This document shows, in pieces, positions 37,694-50,000 of a stretch of 64,000 bases of DNA (within the stretch, counting starts at the first letter, position 1; each line of letters starts with the position of its first letter). Origin of the DNA: an uncultured bacterium (GTDB taxonomy: Bacteria; Actinomycetota; Acidimicrobiia; Spongiisociales; UBA5794); contig CAWDDT010000004.1 of NCBI GenBank assembly GCA_963801165.1, positions 160,001-224,000 of the forward strand, given 5' to 3'. Below the pieces are notes generated by a model. It was not told the origin of the DNA. It saw only the letters and a program-made list of their open reading frames with translations, and made no database searches. A program made the translations under genes and the position numbers.

Positions 37694-38599
37694 CTAGCAG
37701 AAGGTACCGGCGGGGTCGGCCGAGTAGATGCCCATCACGAGATCCGTTCCTTCGCTGCCCGTGTCGCTCACCGGTCCCCACAACAGCAGGTTTCCGGAGC
37801 CGCCCCTCAGCTCGAAAACACGACCGTAGTCGGGGTCCGTGACCACCTCGACGTCGAATCCGGAATAGATCTGTCGCAGCTGGCCCACATTGGCGCCCAC
37901 CTTCATCCCGCTCAGCGTCTCCAGCTCGACGGCCTGCGACGTCGCCGCCCCGTCGTAGGTGAGATCTAGCCGGTATCCGGCGAAGGTCTCGGTGCCGTCC
38001 TGGTCGATGATGACGACGGCGGCCAGGGCTCCGAACTTGACGATCCGCACCATGCCGCCTTGGCAAGCACCGTACTCGCCGGTAGAGACGATCGGGCCTG
38101 TGTCGCTTGTGGGTTGGCCAAAGGTGGCCACCAGCCGCCCCACGGCGTCGGCGGCGTCGCTGCCGAGAGCGATCGATCCCAGACCGCCGGTCTGCAGCTT
38201 CAGGTCGTCGAGCGACAGTGGCTGACCGACAGCGGTGTAAGGGTCGGCGACGACCGCAGCGGTCGTCGAAGTGGTGCTCGACGTGGTTTCGTCGGTGCCG
38301 GTGGTCTCGCTCGTGGTGGCCTCCGTCGTCTCCTGGCCGCTCGTGCCTGCCGCGGTGGTCGTCGTTGTTTCCCCGGCCGAGGCTGTCCCGTCATCCCGGG
38401 TCAGGTTGAAGATGGCGATCGAGAGCACGACGAGCAGCAGACCGAGGATCAAACCGGTGAGCAGAGGGCTCCGGGGTGGAGTCGCCGGCGGCAGCATCGG
38501 ATCCTCGAGTGCCGGCAATGGCTCTTCGCCGGTCAGGTCGACGAGGTCCTCGTATGGATCGTACGGTGGTTGCGACGGTGGTTCGTAGTCGTCGCTCAC
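37694..38599 (-). CDS. Membrane-anchored Thr-rich surface protein
   Basis: Acidic Pro-rich N terminus, one TM, poly-Thr linker, C-terminal domain paralogous to 40700-41722. Confidence 0.8.
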   Translation of the reverse strand: MSDDYEPPSQPPYDPYEDLVDLTGEEPLPALEDPMLPPATPPRSPLLTGLILGLLLVVLSIAIFNLTRDDGTASAGETTTTTAAGTSGQETTEATTSETTGTDETTSSTTSTTAAVVADPYTAVGQPLSLDDLKLQTGGLGSIALGSDAADAVGRLVATFGQPTSDTGPIVSTGEYGACQGGMVRIVKFGALAAVVIIDQDGTETFAGYRLDLTYDGAATSQAVELETLSGMKVGANVGQLRQIYSGFDVEVVTDPDYGRVFELRGGSGNLLLWGPVSDTGSEGTDLVMGIYSADPAGTFC

Positions 38600-38655
38600 G
38601 TCATCTCAAATCTCGGCATCTCGACATGTTATTGCCGGTATCGCTCAAAGCGGTG

Positions 38656-40581
38656 TTACTTCGGCGGTGTCGCGGTCGGACCCGCCACATATTCGTCGAG
38701 CAACTGATCGAACGGCTCGGTGGCCAGCAGGACCTCAGCCCCGTCGTTGGTCCGGTAATCCTCCACCGGAATCGTGAGCTGGATGATGTCGTTACGGTCG
38801 AGCCCGCGCAGGTTCCAGGCGACGCTGATGGCTTCGCTGAGGCTGAGCTGGTCGTCGAGCGTAAAGGCGTTGCCGACCGACCGGACCACCCCGGCCAGCT
38901 CCTGGGGGCTGTCGAACTCCGCCGCCTTCTCGAGCAAAGAGAGGATGACGTCCTGCTGACGCTGGTTCCTGGTGAGGTCGGAGACGTTTGGCATCGAGCG
39001 CCACGCGCCGTTGACATTCTCGAGCGTGTGCCGCGAGCGAACCCAGGCGAGTGCCTGTGTCCCGTTGGCCACTGTGCACCCTTCCGGGAGGTTGAGGTCC
39101 GACTTGCTGTCACGCACGGCATGCTCGACGCAGATCTCAACGCCACCGACCTCGTCGATGACCTCCTTGAACCCGTCGAATGTGAACAGAGCGAAGTGAT
39201 CGACGTGGACGCCCGTGAAGTCCTCGACTGCTCGCGAGAGCAACGTGGCGCCGTTTATGTCGGCACCACATCCGTTGAAGTTGGCATTGAGCCTCGTGTA
39301 GGTCTGGGTGCAGCGGTTGGGAAGGTAGAGGTCACGGGGCAGCGAGACCATGATCGGATTGCTGCCATCGGTGGGGAGCATCACCAAGATGATGACATCG
39401 GCCCGGTAGTTGCCGATATCGGACCCGACCACCATGTAGGTCTGGTACGTCCCGGTGTCGCTCGGGGTGGCTGTTACCGCGGTCTCAGCCTCAGGGGTGA
39501 ATGATTCACCGCTGTCGGCGGGGGGTGGGACGGCGGGGAGCTTGCTCAGAGCTACCACGTCGAACGTGTGGCGCTCGACCGAGTTCCATGACTGCAATGC
39601 CGAGTAGAGGTTCCATCCCGTATAGACGACCACGAGGATGACGAACGTCGTCACCATCCGCTTCACCGAGCGGCGCCACAACGGTCTCAGCTCGACCGTT
39701 CGCTCGGCGTGATTGACGACATAACCGATGACCGGGGCAGCCATCTCCGCAAGCTGGCTGCAGATCGTCTCCAAGCCGCGCGGGTCGATTTCTGGCGTGA
39801 CCACCAGCAAGGTCCCGTCGGCGTGGGTGGCGATTGCATCGAGAGTGGGGTCCCACCCGATCGGGGCTGTGTTGACGATGAGCAGATCTGCCTGCTCGGT
39901 TAGCTTGTCTACGACGTCGGCCAGCGCCAGCCCGGTCAGGGCGGCCCTGCGCTCGTCGAGGTCGGTGCCCACTGGGATGACGGGCAGCGTGTTGGCATCG
40001 TCTATCTTCCAGAAGCGGGTTGCCTCTTTGAGCGTTGTCCCACCCGTTGCCAGGTCGATCCAGCCGGGGATGGATTGGGATCGCCCGTATTCGGAAAGAC
40101 CACCTCCGGGATCGGCGTCGATCAACACCGCCCGGCGGCCCATCCTCGTTGCCGCTACGGCGAGATTGATAGCGACGGTGGTGGCTCCCAGCCCGGGTCG
40201 GGCGCTGCTCACCATGATCACCTGGCCCTTGGTGGCGCGTTCCAGACCGCGCACCGCCTCGATGTACACACGGGCGGCCGCCGAGTCGGGATCGCCGAGA
40301 ATCGGAGTGGGAGCGCCGTCGGTCGTCGGGACGTAGGCGATCACCGGCTCGTCGACCACCTTGTCGAGCCGCGGCCCGGACCGCACCCGCATCCAGATGA
40401 TCCAGGTGGTCGCGGTTATCAGACTCCCTACGATCGCGGCCCCGGCCGTGCCGATGGGCGAGCGCCAGTTGCCGGCGATGGACCAGAACACGAGCAGACC
40501 GACCAACACTGCAACCAGGTTGGGAACCGTCAGCACGTGGTTCCAGAAGTGTCCCTGTCTGTGTGGTGATTCACCGGTCAT
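38656..40581 (-). CDS. LCP (LytR-CpsA-Psr) protein fused to a degenerate CpsD/CapB-like domain
   Basis: LCP motifs VVGSD, RADVI, SLPRDL, AWVRSRH, SDLTRNQRQQ; N-terminal SSARPGLGATT, LIDAD, LIVNTAP, ADGTLLV. Confidence 0.85.
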   Translation of the reverse strand: MTGESPHRQGHFWNHVLTVPNLVAVLVGLLVFWSIAGNWRSPIGTAGAAIVGSLITATTWIIWMRVRSGPRLDKVVDEPVIAYVPTTDGAPTPILGDPDSAAARVYIEAVRGLERATKGQVIMVSSARPGLGATTVAINLAVAATRMGRRAVLIDADPGGGLSEYGRSQSIPGWIDLATGGTTLKEATRFWKIDDANTLPVIPVGTDLDERRAALTGLALADVVDKLTEQADLLIVNTAPIGWDPTLDAIATHADGTLLVVTPEIDPRGLETICSQLAEMAAPVIGYVVNHAERTVELRPLWRRSVKRMVTTFVILVVVYTGWNLYSALQSWNSVERHTFDVVALSKLPAVPPPADSGESFTPEAETAVTATPSDTGTYQTYMVVGSDIGNYRADVIILVMLPTDGSNPIMVSLPRDLYLPNRCTQTYTRLNANFNGCGADINGATLLSRAVEDFTGVHVDHFALFTFDGFKEVIDEVGGVEICVEHAVRDSKSDLNLPEGCTVANGTQALAWVRSRHTLENVNGAWRSMPNVSDLTRNQRQQDVILSLLEKAAEFDSPQELAGVVRSVGNAFTLDDQLSLSEAISVAWNLRGLDRNDIIQLTIPVEDYRTNDGAEVLLATEPFDQLLDEYVAGPTATPPK

Positions 40582-40611
40582 TGCGCTATACCTCGGCCCG
40601 AACGCCGATTG

Positions 40612-40671
40612 GCAATGTTAGATGTTGCCATGTTAGATGTTGCCATGTTAGATGTTGCAATGCTAGATGTT
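40612..40671. repeat. Tandem repeat 4x 15 bp GC(A/C)ATG(T/C)TAGATGTT
   Basis: Directly visible, intergenic, upstream of the LCP fusion gene. Confidence 0.92.
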
Positions 40672-40699
40672 TTGGTGCTTGCGGCATCCGGCCCCCTGG

Positions 40700-41722
40700 T
40701 CACGGCGTAGCCGCCGGTCCATGGTCGCAAGGGCGAGGAGAGTAGATGCCCTCGACGACCCCCGAGGCGTCGGCGCTCGACACCGGCCCCCACAGCAGCG
40801 TGGCGTTGTCGGTCGACCGTAGCAGGATGAAATGGGGCTTGCCGTCGATCTCGATGAATCCCAATCCCGGCTGGAGATAGATGGCGTTCAGCTTCTCGAT
40901 GGTGTTGCCGAGGGTGAGACCGGAACGCGTTGCGATCTGTTGGGTCGGGTCATCGCTCGTCGTCGCGACGAGCCGGTACCCAACCAGCGTCTCGGTGTCG
41001 CCGGCCACACGGAATATGGCTGTGAGACCACCCCAGGTGTAGGCAACACCCTGGTCACCCTCGCATAGACCCATGTCGGTGCCGACATCGGCACGGCCGT
41101 CCGGCTGGCCGAGACTAGCCACCAGACGCCCGAGGTAGGACGTGCTTGTGTCGAATGTGAAGGGGCCGAGGGCGAACGCGCCAAGGGTTAAGTCGGTGAT
41201 CGGGACCGGAGTGCCGACCGCTTCGATCGGGGCCAGCGTGGTGGTCGTCGTCGAGGTTGTGGTCGGTGCGGTGGATGTAGTCGACGAAGCGGCTGTCGAT
41301 GTCGTCGTTGCTGTTGTGGTCGTCGGGACAACGGTCGAGGTGGTTGTCGCGATCGTCGTTGCCCCGCCTGCCTCCGTAGACGTGGATGGCGCGGCTTCGC
41401 CGTCGCCTCCGAGGGCTACCCGGAAGAGCAGGAAGATGACGAGTAGGCCTGCGGCGACACTAACGAGCAGCCCCCACGGCCGGGGCGGTCGGTCATCGGG
41501 AGGTGGCGGCATGTCGGCAGAAACGGGCATGTCGGCGGAAACGGTTGCTCTGCGCTCCTCGATGGCGGCCGCGACGATATCGGGGGTAAGCGGCGGCATG
41601 TCCTCGTCGACCATCGTGTCAATCCACGTTCTGCCACAGGTCGGACAGATCGGTTTGGTAACGGGGCGCACCGAGCCGCAGTACACACAGCGGCCCTTCT
41701 TGACTGGCATATTCTCACTCAC
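40700..41722 (-). CDS. Zinc-ribbon, TM, Thr-rich surface protein
   Basis: CVYC..CPTC, one TM, poly-Thr linker, C-terminal domain paralogous to 37694-38599. Confidence 0.8.
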   Translation of the reverse strand: MSENMPVKKGRCVYCGSVRPVTKPICPTCGRTWIDTMVDEDMPPLTPDIVAAAIEERRATVSADMPVSADMPPPPDDRPPRPWGLLVSVAAGLLVIFLLFRVALGGDGEAAPSTSTEAGGATTIATTTSTVVPTTTTATTTSTAASSTTSTAPTTTSTTTTTLAPIEAVGTPVPITDLTLGAFALGPFTFDTSTSYLGRLVASLGQPDGRADVGTDMGLCEGDQGVAYTWGGLTAIFRVAGDTETLVGYRLVATTSDDPTQQIATRSGLTLGNTIEKLNAIYLQPGLGFIEIDGKPHFILLRSTDNATLLWGPVSSADASGVVEGIYSPRPCDHGPAATP

Positions 41723-41782
41723 GAGGCCGTAGCTTACGATTCATGTGGAGTACAGGGTGAATTTCGCCGTGAGCAGCACTGC

Positions 41783-43804
<2,022 letters not shown>

Positions 43805-44143
43805 GACCTGAGCTTATGTCCCTATGGCCCGGCTTGTGAGGTTGGGCAAGGGACGGTTCCCGCGAGGGGCAACTGAACGGGAAATCGGGAATGGAGCGTG
43901 GTCATCGCGTGTTGACAGGTATTGGCCCTTTACGACGCAACGGGCGGCCGATACGGTCGTCATATGGCCTGGGTTGAGAAATCCAAACCGGGCAACGGGT
44001 CGAAACTCTCAGGAAGAAACACTCTTTGGGGGGTTCACAAACGTGAATGTCTGTGTGATAGTGAGGCACCCCAGGAGTGTGAACGGCGGCCGTTGCGCGC
44101 GGCCTGAGTAACGGAAAATGACGGTCTTGGAGGACCTTCTTAT

Positions 44144-45193
44144 ATGGCGAAGACCAGCAAGACGCGAGACAAAGTGATCGATCGAGCACGTCTCGAGCGT
44201 GCCGAGGCGAAGGAGCGGATCGACCGTGACACCCTTTCGCGCTCCCGCAAGGATCTCGACAGGAACAAGCTCACGGACGATCGCGGACGGTTGACCACCG
44301 ACCTGGTCAGCCAGTATCTCACCGCGATCGGCGAGTACGAGCTGCTCACCGCCGAGAAGGAAGTCGAGTACGCCCAGAAGATTGAGGCCGGGCAGAATGC
44401 CCAGGAGAAGCTCGACAAGGGTCAGTTCGGCAACAAGTCCGAGGAGATGGTGCTGCGCCGGCACATCCGACGCGGTCGTGAAGCCAAGGACGCATTTCTC
44501 ACCGCCAACCTCCGTCTCGTTGTCGCCAACGCCCGCCGCTATGCCAACACCTCCGGCATCGACTTTCTCGACCTCATCCAGGAGGGCAACCTGGGGCTGA
44601 TTCGTGCGGTCGAGAAGTTCGACTGGCGCAAGGGCTTCAAGTTCTCCACCTACGCCACGTGGTGGATCCGGCAGGCGATCACCCGTGCGATCGCCGACAA
44701 GTCGCGTACGGTTCGCATCCCCGTGCATCTGCACGACACCCTCGCCGCGGTGCGCGCCGCTCAGGCAAGCCTCAAAGCTGAACTCGGCCGCGAGCCGCGT
44801 CCCGAAGAAATCGCTGAAGAGGCCGGGGTCAACGTCGACAAGGTCGAGCTGGCCCTCAGCGTCGCCGACACGGTCTCCCTCGAGCAGCCGGTGGGTGAGG
44901 ATGGTGCCCAACTTGGTGATTTCATCGAGGACGAGGATGCCGTCGACCCGATGCGGGTCACCGAAGAGCTCGACATTGCCAACAGCCTGCGCAAGTCGAT
45001 CGAGCGGCTCCCAGAGCGGGAGGGTCGCATCCTGGCGCTGCGCTACGGCTTCTACGACGGCGTGCCGCGGACCCTCGAGGAAATCGGTGACGAGTTCCAG
45101 CTGACCCGGGAGCGCATCCGCCAACTGGAGAAGCTGGCGCTGTGCCGTCTCCGCCACCCCTCGTTTGGTATCCGCGAACAAGACCTCCTGTAG
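44144..45193 (+). CDS. RNA polymerase sigma-70 factor, RpoD/SigA family (lacks region 1.1)
   Basis: [45 protein letters not shown]. Confidence 0.95.
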   Translation: MAKTSKTRDKVIDRARLERAEAKERIDRDTLSRSRKDLDRNKLTDDRGRLTTDLVSQYLTAIGEYELLTAEKEVEYAQKIEAGQNAQEKLDKGQFGNKSEEMVLRRHIRRGREAKDAFLTANLRLVVANARRYANTSGIDFLDLIQEGNLGLIRAVEKFDWRKGFKFSTYATWWIRQAITRAIADKSRTVRIPVHLHDTLAAVRAAQASLKAELGREPRPEEIAEEAGVNVDKVELALSVADTVSLEQPVGEDGAQLGDFIEDEDAVDPMRVTEELDIANSLRKSIERLPEREGRILALRYGFYDGVPRTLEEIGDEFQLTRERIRQLEKLALCRLRHPSFGIREQDLL

Positions 45194-45267
45194 TACTTAG
45201 CCGGACACGTTTGGCCTGCAAGCCATCCGATCGGTTATCGTCGCGGTGTTTGACAGCCGGAGGGATC

Positions 45268-45642
45268 ATGCGCCTGGACGCGCTAGTCGGTGGAACCACT
45301 GAGATCATCGGGCCTGAAGGCACGCTGCTCGATGCTGCCGAGTCAATGTCCGATCAGGGGGTCGATTATGTCATTGTGATCAACAACCGCGAGATCGTGG
45401 GCATCCTCACCGAGCGCGACCTGGTTGTCGCGGTTGCCGACGGAATCGATCTGGGTGCCGCGCTGGTGGAGGAGTGGATGAGCGAAGCACCCGATACGTT
45501 CACACCCGATGTCCGCGTCAGAGAGGCGGTCTCATGGCTGCTGGAGACGGGTTACCGGCATCTGCCGGTTGTTGCCGACGGTGAACTGCTCGGTGTCGTC
45601 ACCATTCGCGACCTGATGTGGGCGCTGGTCCAGGACAGTTGA
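45268..45642 (+). CDS. CBS domain protein
   Basis: GILTERDL, YRHLPVV; GGAGGG RBS. Confidence 0.88.
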   Translation: MRLDALVGGTTEIIGPEGTLLDAAESMSDQGVDYVIVINNREIVGILTERDLVVAVADGIDLGAALVEEWMSEAPDTFTPDVRVREAVSWLLETGYRHLPVVADGELLGVVTIRDLMWALVQDS

Positions 45643-45645
45643 TAG

Positions 45646-46029
45646 CTAGAGCACCTGGATGAGCTGCCGGTTGATGGCGTCCAGAACCGCCTTGACCGTT
45701 GCCGTCGTGGCGTCGTGCTCGCCCAGCAGTGCGCTTCCGACGAGTGGGATCGGGACGCCTTCCATTATGACCTGAGCCATGGCGATTTGAGTTTCACCCA
45801 ACTCGGTCGTGGCCACGGCCTCGAGTTGGAGCGAGATCCGGTTCTCGGAGACCGCTTCGACGGCGCGCAACGTTGCCTCTCCGACGAGCCGGGCGCGGGA
45901 TGCCCCATCGGGGCTGCCGCTGGCGCTGCCAAAGAAGTGCTCGTCTTGCCAGCTCAGCGAGATGGTCACCGTCGCTTCCTCGTCGGTGGTGTGTTCGTCG
46001 ATCTGGACAATTGCCGGACGGTTGCTCAT
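45646..46029 (-). CDS. Hypothetical protein
   Basis: Compact alpha/beta-looking ORF ending AVLDAINR; AAGGGG RBS. Confidence 0.7.
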   Translation of the reverse strand: MSNRPAIVQIDEHTTDEEATVTISLSWQDEHFFGSASGSPDGASRARLVGEATLRAVEAVSENRISLQLEAVATTELGETQIAMAQVIMEGVPIPLVGSALLGEHDATTATVKAVLDAINRQLIQVL

Positions 46030-46081
46030 AGTCCCCTTCACTCGGCTCGGACGAAGTGTACCGGCCCGCCGGTGGCGTAGC

Positions 46082-48469
46082 TCATCCGAGCGGTAGCCAC
46101 AGCAACGCCACCTCGAGGATCTCGATGTCGTTCTTCTCGAGACCGATTTCAATTGGCTCGATCTTGGCGGCGCGCTCCTCCCACTTGTCGTTGATCCCCT
46201 CGAGCTCCTCGGTGAGCTCCGCTTCGAGACTGTGCAGCTCACCGTATTTGTCTTCCGCCTTCGCCTGGGCAGTTTCCAGCCTGGCTTCCTTCGACCTACG
46301 GCTCTTCCTGCTGCGGATCGTTCCCGCCACTGCCCGCGTGCTTCTCCGTCCGAGCAGGATGTTGATCACCGAGGACGCGCCGTCGATGATCTCTTGCTGT
46401 TTGGCGCCCTGGATATCTACCTCGATGTCCTGAGCACGCTGTTCGGCTGTGGTTGCCTGGTCGCGGAGTGTCTTGAAGCGCCGCTCGTACTTGTCACGCA
46501 GGCTTGCGGTTTCCTGGTCGGCTCGATCCTGAGCGGCGGCGTCACACCTGGCACGGAAATCCTCCTCCTTCTCCCCGGCGCGGGAGTAGAGCGCGAGCTC
46601 GGCGTTCTTGTGGATTGTCAGCTTCTGTGACCTATAGAGGAGGTCCTTCAGACCGGTCTCGGCACTCCGCCAATAACTGGTCTTTGCGATGTCACCCTCC
46701 GGGATCACGTAGCGAGCATTTTCGGGTGGTGTGCTCACGAAGTCCCGATCGTCGTAGTCGACGTGGACGGCATGCCCGGCGTCGAAATGGCTCTCGAGAG
46801 GCGTGACGATCGCTTCCCACTCCTCGTCGTGCACGAGGTCTGCCGCGCTCTCGTCGTAGGTCAGCCGTACCCTGGCTGCAAGAGCAGCGGTGAGCGTGGT
46901 CCCGTTGGGGGCGACGTCGAGCTGGGCAGCCCACGGAACGCCGGAAGCCAGGTGGTGCACCGGCACCGAATCGGCGACCCGGGGCATGACCGGGGTCTCG
47001 TCGCTTGCCGTTTCCGGGCTCTGTTGTGGGGCAGCCGGCGACGTTGTCGGGGACGCCTGGGCGGGAGGCTCGTTTTCGGCGGGGGGCTCGTACTTGCTCA
47101 GCTTCGAGATCTGCTCTCTGGTGAGTGGGCCGCGCAGGTAAGACAGTGCCCACCGGGTGGTGAACAGCACCGGCGCCGGATCGTGGGTGTTGTGGAGCAG
47201 GAACTGGCGTTTGTCCAACCCGGAGATCATGTGATCGAGCTCGGAGACATCGCTGTCACCGCGTGCAGACTGGAGGGCCTCGAGGATACGCGCCTTGTCA
47301 CGTTCGGTCTGGAGCCGGCCGATGCACCAGGTTCCGGCGTTCGACATCGCCTTGTAGTCGAGGTCGACGGGGTTCTGGGTGGACAGCAGGGTGCCGACCC
47401 CGAAGGCGCGGCCCTGCTTGAGCAGTGTGAGGATCGGTTTCTTGGCGGGAGGCTCTGCGGTAGGGGGAACGAACCCGAACACTTCGTCCATATACACGAG
47501 CGCCCGCAGGTCTCCGGTGCCGGCCTGAGCCCGCATCCAGGTGATCAGCTTGGACAGGATGAGGGTCACGACGAACTGTCGTTCCTCGTCGCTGAGATGC
47601 GCCAGATAGACGATGGCGGATTGGGGCTTGTCCCCATGCCACAGCAGAGAAGCGATGTCGAGGTCCGGTCCCTCGATCCAGGTGCTGAAGGCGGGTGAGG
47701 CGACGAGACCGTTGAGCTTCATGGCAAGAGCGAGCCGGTCCTTCTCGGGGAAGAAGGTGTCCAGATCGAACACACCGAGCTTGCGCAACGGTGGCCGCTG
47801 GATCTCGCCCAACAGACCGGCAATGTCCAGGTCGCGACCTGATCTCCAGGCGTTCTCCACGAGGTTGGCGATGAGGATGTGCTCGCGCGACGAGATCGGG
47901 TCGGCTTTGACGCCGACCAGACCGAGCAGCCCGGAGACGAACCCCTCGATCTCGTCGCGCAACGTCTCGGTGTCTGTTTCCCAGCTCAACTCGGGGCGAG
48001 CAAGCGATCCGATGATGTTGATCGGCACGCCGGCGGTCGAGCCCGGTGTGTAGATCGTGAATCCGGCCGAGTCACGCAGCTGCCCGATCCTGGCTCCGCT
48101 CTCGTCCCAGGAGGCGAGGCCTTTGGTCCAGAGCGCGGCCTTGTCGGCGGCCAACTCGGCGACCGTTTTGTCCTCCTTCCGCACCTCGGCCTCGTCTATC
48201 CAGGGTTCAAAGTCGGCCGGCCGCAGCTCCGGGAAGGTGAGCAGGAGGTTGGTCATGTCCCCCTTGGGATCGAGGATCAGGGTGGGGATGCCCGCCAGAA
48301 GAGCCTCCTCGAGGTAGATGATCCCCAACCCGGTCTTGCCGGACCCGGTCATGCCGACAATCACCCCGTGCGTGGTCAGGTCGGCAGGGTCGTAATCGAC
48401 CAGATCTCCCGTCCTGTCCCCGCTGGATCCGTCGATCACCCCGCCCAGGTAGAAGCCTTCTTTTGCCAT
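46082..48469 (-). CDS. HerA/FtsK-like ATPase (DUF87-type) with C-terminal coiled coil
   Basis: THGVIVGMTGSGKTG, LDPKGD, YMDEVFG, TQNPVDLDYK. Confidence 0.88.
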   Translation of the reverse strand: MAKEGFYLGGVIDGSSGDRTGDLVDYDPADLTTHGVIVGMTGSGKTGLGIIYLEEALLAGIPTLILDPKGDMTNLLLTFPELRPADFEPWIDEAEVRKEDKTVAELAADKAALWTKGLASWDESGARIGQLRDSAGFTIYTPGSTAGVPINIIGSLARPELSWETDTETLRDEIEGFVSGLLGLVGVKADPISSREHILIANLVENAWRSGRDLDIAGLLGEIQRPPLRKLGVFDLDTFFPEKDRLALAMKLNGLVASPAFSTWIEGPDLDIASLLWHGDKPQSAIVYLAHLSDEERQFVVTLILSKLITWMRAQAGTGDLRALVYMDEVFGFVPPTAEPPAKKPILTLLKQGRAFGVGTLLSTQNPVDLDYKAMSNAGTWCIGRLQTERDKARILEALQSARGDSDVSELDHMISGLDKRQFLLHNTHDPAPVLFTTRWALSYLRGPLTREQISKLSKYEPPAENEPPAQASPTTSPAAPQQSPETASDETPVMPRVADSVPVHHLASGVPWAAQLDVAPNGTTLTAALAARVRLTYDESAADLVHDEEWEAIVTPLESHFDAGHAVHVDYDDRDFVSTPPENARYVIPEGDIAKTSYWRSAETGLKDLLYRSQKLTIHKNAELALYSRAGEKEEDFRARCDAAAQDRADQETASLRDKYERRFKTLRDQATTAEQRAQDIEVDIQGAKQQEIIDGASSVINILLGRRSTRAVAGTIRSRKSRRSKEARLETAQAKAEDKYGELHSLEAELTEELEGINDKWEERAAKIEPIEIGLEKNDIEILEVALLWLPLG

Positions 48470-48502
48470 CGGTCGCCCTCCGTTCCGCCGGACAATCAGA
48501 CG

Positions 48503-49051
48503 CTAGCTGAGCGCGGCCACCACATGGCTCACCGCCTCGGACACCGAGGAACAGGTCGCAATAGGTGCGGAGTTGCTGTTGAGCCGGGTGGTCAAAAGCG
48601 GGATCAGCTCGCCCCAGGTCTCGCCGACGGTTGCGATTGGTCCGAACTGCTTGTCGGCGAAAGGTGCCACAAACGCGAGGTTCCACGCTACGACCAGCTC
48701 GGCGAGGGTCCCGATGCTTCCCGGCAGGGCTATGTAGCCCTCGGCCAGATCGATCAGCAGTGCGATCCTACGCACGAGATCATCCGCCTCGATCTCGTGC
48801 TGCACCCACTCGTTGGCGCCGGCTCGCTCGGGGAAGACTGCGGGTGCCGTCACCCCAATGGTCGCCCCACCTGCTTCGGCGGCACCCCGGCAGGCGGCTT
48901 CCATCAACCCGTGGTATCCCCCGGTCGCAACGGCGAAGCCCGCTTCGGCGAGCAGACGACCGCAGACAACGCCCTGGTCGTAGTCGCCATCACCTTCCTG
49001 TGCGGCTGAGGCTCCGAACACCGCGATGACGCGCCGGCCGTCGAGACTCAC
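48503..49051 (-). CDS. LOG family (Rossmann-fold nucleotide-binding) protein
   Basis: IAVFGAS, TGGY.GLMEA, LPGSIGTLAEL; GTG overlaps the upstream stop. Confidence 0.88.
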   Translation of the reverse strand: MSLDGRRVIAVFGASAAQEGDGDYDQGVVCGRLLAEAGFAVATGGYHGLMEAACRGAAEAGGATIGVTAPAVFPERAGANEWVQHEIEADDLVRRIALLIDLAEGYIALPGSIGTLAELVVAWNLAFVAPFADKQFGPIATVGETWGELIPLLTTRLNSNSAPIATCSSVSEAVSHVVAALS

Positions 49052-49881
49052 AGGCGCACTCTCCGGTCGACCCGCCCGACCGCGGGCACGATGATCAATG
49101 CGGCGGCAACCACCAATCCGAGACCGAGGATGATGAGACTGTTGGCGGCGATACTCTCTGTCACTGTGTCGCGGCGCAGCGTGTAGAAGGCGCCCACGAC
49201 AGACCCTCCGGCGATACAAGCGAGCAAGGCGACCGCACCCGCCTTGCCGGTGCTCGCCCCCTTGCCCCGCACGGTCCACCGCCACCCGGCCAGCGCCAGG
49301 ATCGTCACCAGCGCCGTCCCGGCAACGACCGCGAGACCGATGTCGGCGACCTGCTGCAGGTCGGATATGGTGCGGAGCGCCACCTCGCCGCGACCCGAGG
49401 CCTCCAGCTGGGTGTTCAGGTAGAAGTGCACGCCACCCGCTCCGAGGGTGACAACCGCTGTGATCATCGCAAGTGTTTGGACGACGCGCGCAGCGATACT
49501 CACGCGGCGAACCAGCGCCGGCATTTCACCTTTCGGGCGCAGGTGAGCCCACGAGTCGGTGGGTCCATCGACGGCGGCGTCCGGCCCGGTCTCCGCGCTC
49601 GCCACAAACGAGATGTCGTCGACCGAGATCTCGATGCTCCCCGGTGATAATGGTGGGCCGGACGAGTCGTCCTCTTCCAGGAGATCGTGGAGCGGCGTGT
49701 CTTCGCTTTCGAGGTCAACCACGCTCCAGCCGCGGCTGATCAACTCGACCTGTGGTCCGGGACCGGGTGAGTGCTCGCTTGCGCCCAGGGAATCTGCCGC
49801 CGTGCCTACCACCCGGCCACAGGCAGGGCAAGAGGTCCAGTCGGGATCGATGTTTGCGCCGCAGTTAGAACAGGTAGTCAT
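49048..49881 (-). CDS. Zinc-ribbon membrane protein
   Basis: CSNC..CPAC, four TM segments. Confidence 0.75.
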   Translation of the reverse strand: MTTCSNCGANIDPDWTSCPACGRVVGTAADSLGASEHSPGPGPQVELISRGWSVVDLESEDTPLHDLLEEDDSSGPPLSPGSIEISVDDISFVASAETGPDAAVDGPTDSWAHLRPKGEMPALVRRVSIAARVVQTLAMITAVVTLGAGGVHFYLNTQLEASGRGEVALRTISDLQQVADIGLAVVAGTALVTILALAGWRWTVRGKGASTGKAGAVALLACIAGGSVVGAFYTLRRDTVTESIAANSLIILGLGLVVAAALIIVPAVGRVDRRVRL

Positions 49882-49944
49882 GCTCGATACGCCACGTTAA
49901 TCAGACTACCGCCGAGCCCGTAGCACCCTCGAATCGGCGCACGA

Positions 49945-49978
49945 CGAGCGTCGCCCCTCCGCGGAGGGGCGACGCTCG
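49945..49978. terminator. Perfect 34-bp palindrome, terminator-like
   Basis: CGAGCGTCGCCCCTCCG/CGGAGGGGCGACGCTCG. Confidence 0.6.
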
Positions 49979-50000
49979 CTTGGGTAACGTGTGAGTGGTA

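Noticed and set aside
44033-44046. TTCAC-N4-GTGAA palindrome upstream of the sigma factor as a Rex box
   Set aside because: The half-sites are in the opposite arrangement to the Rex consensus, and it is too short to call.
46082-48469. HerA-like ATPase as part of a defence system
   Set aside because: No adjacent nuclease, SIR2 or NurA partner; it sits among housekeeping-type genes.
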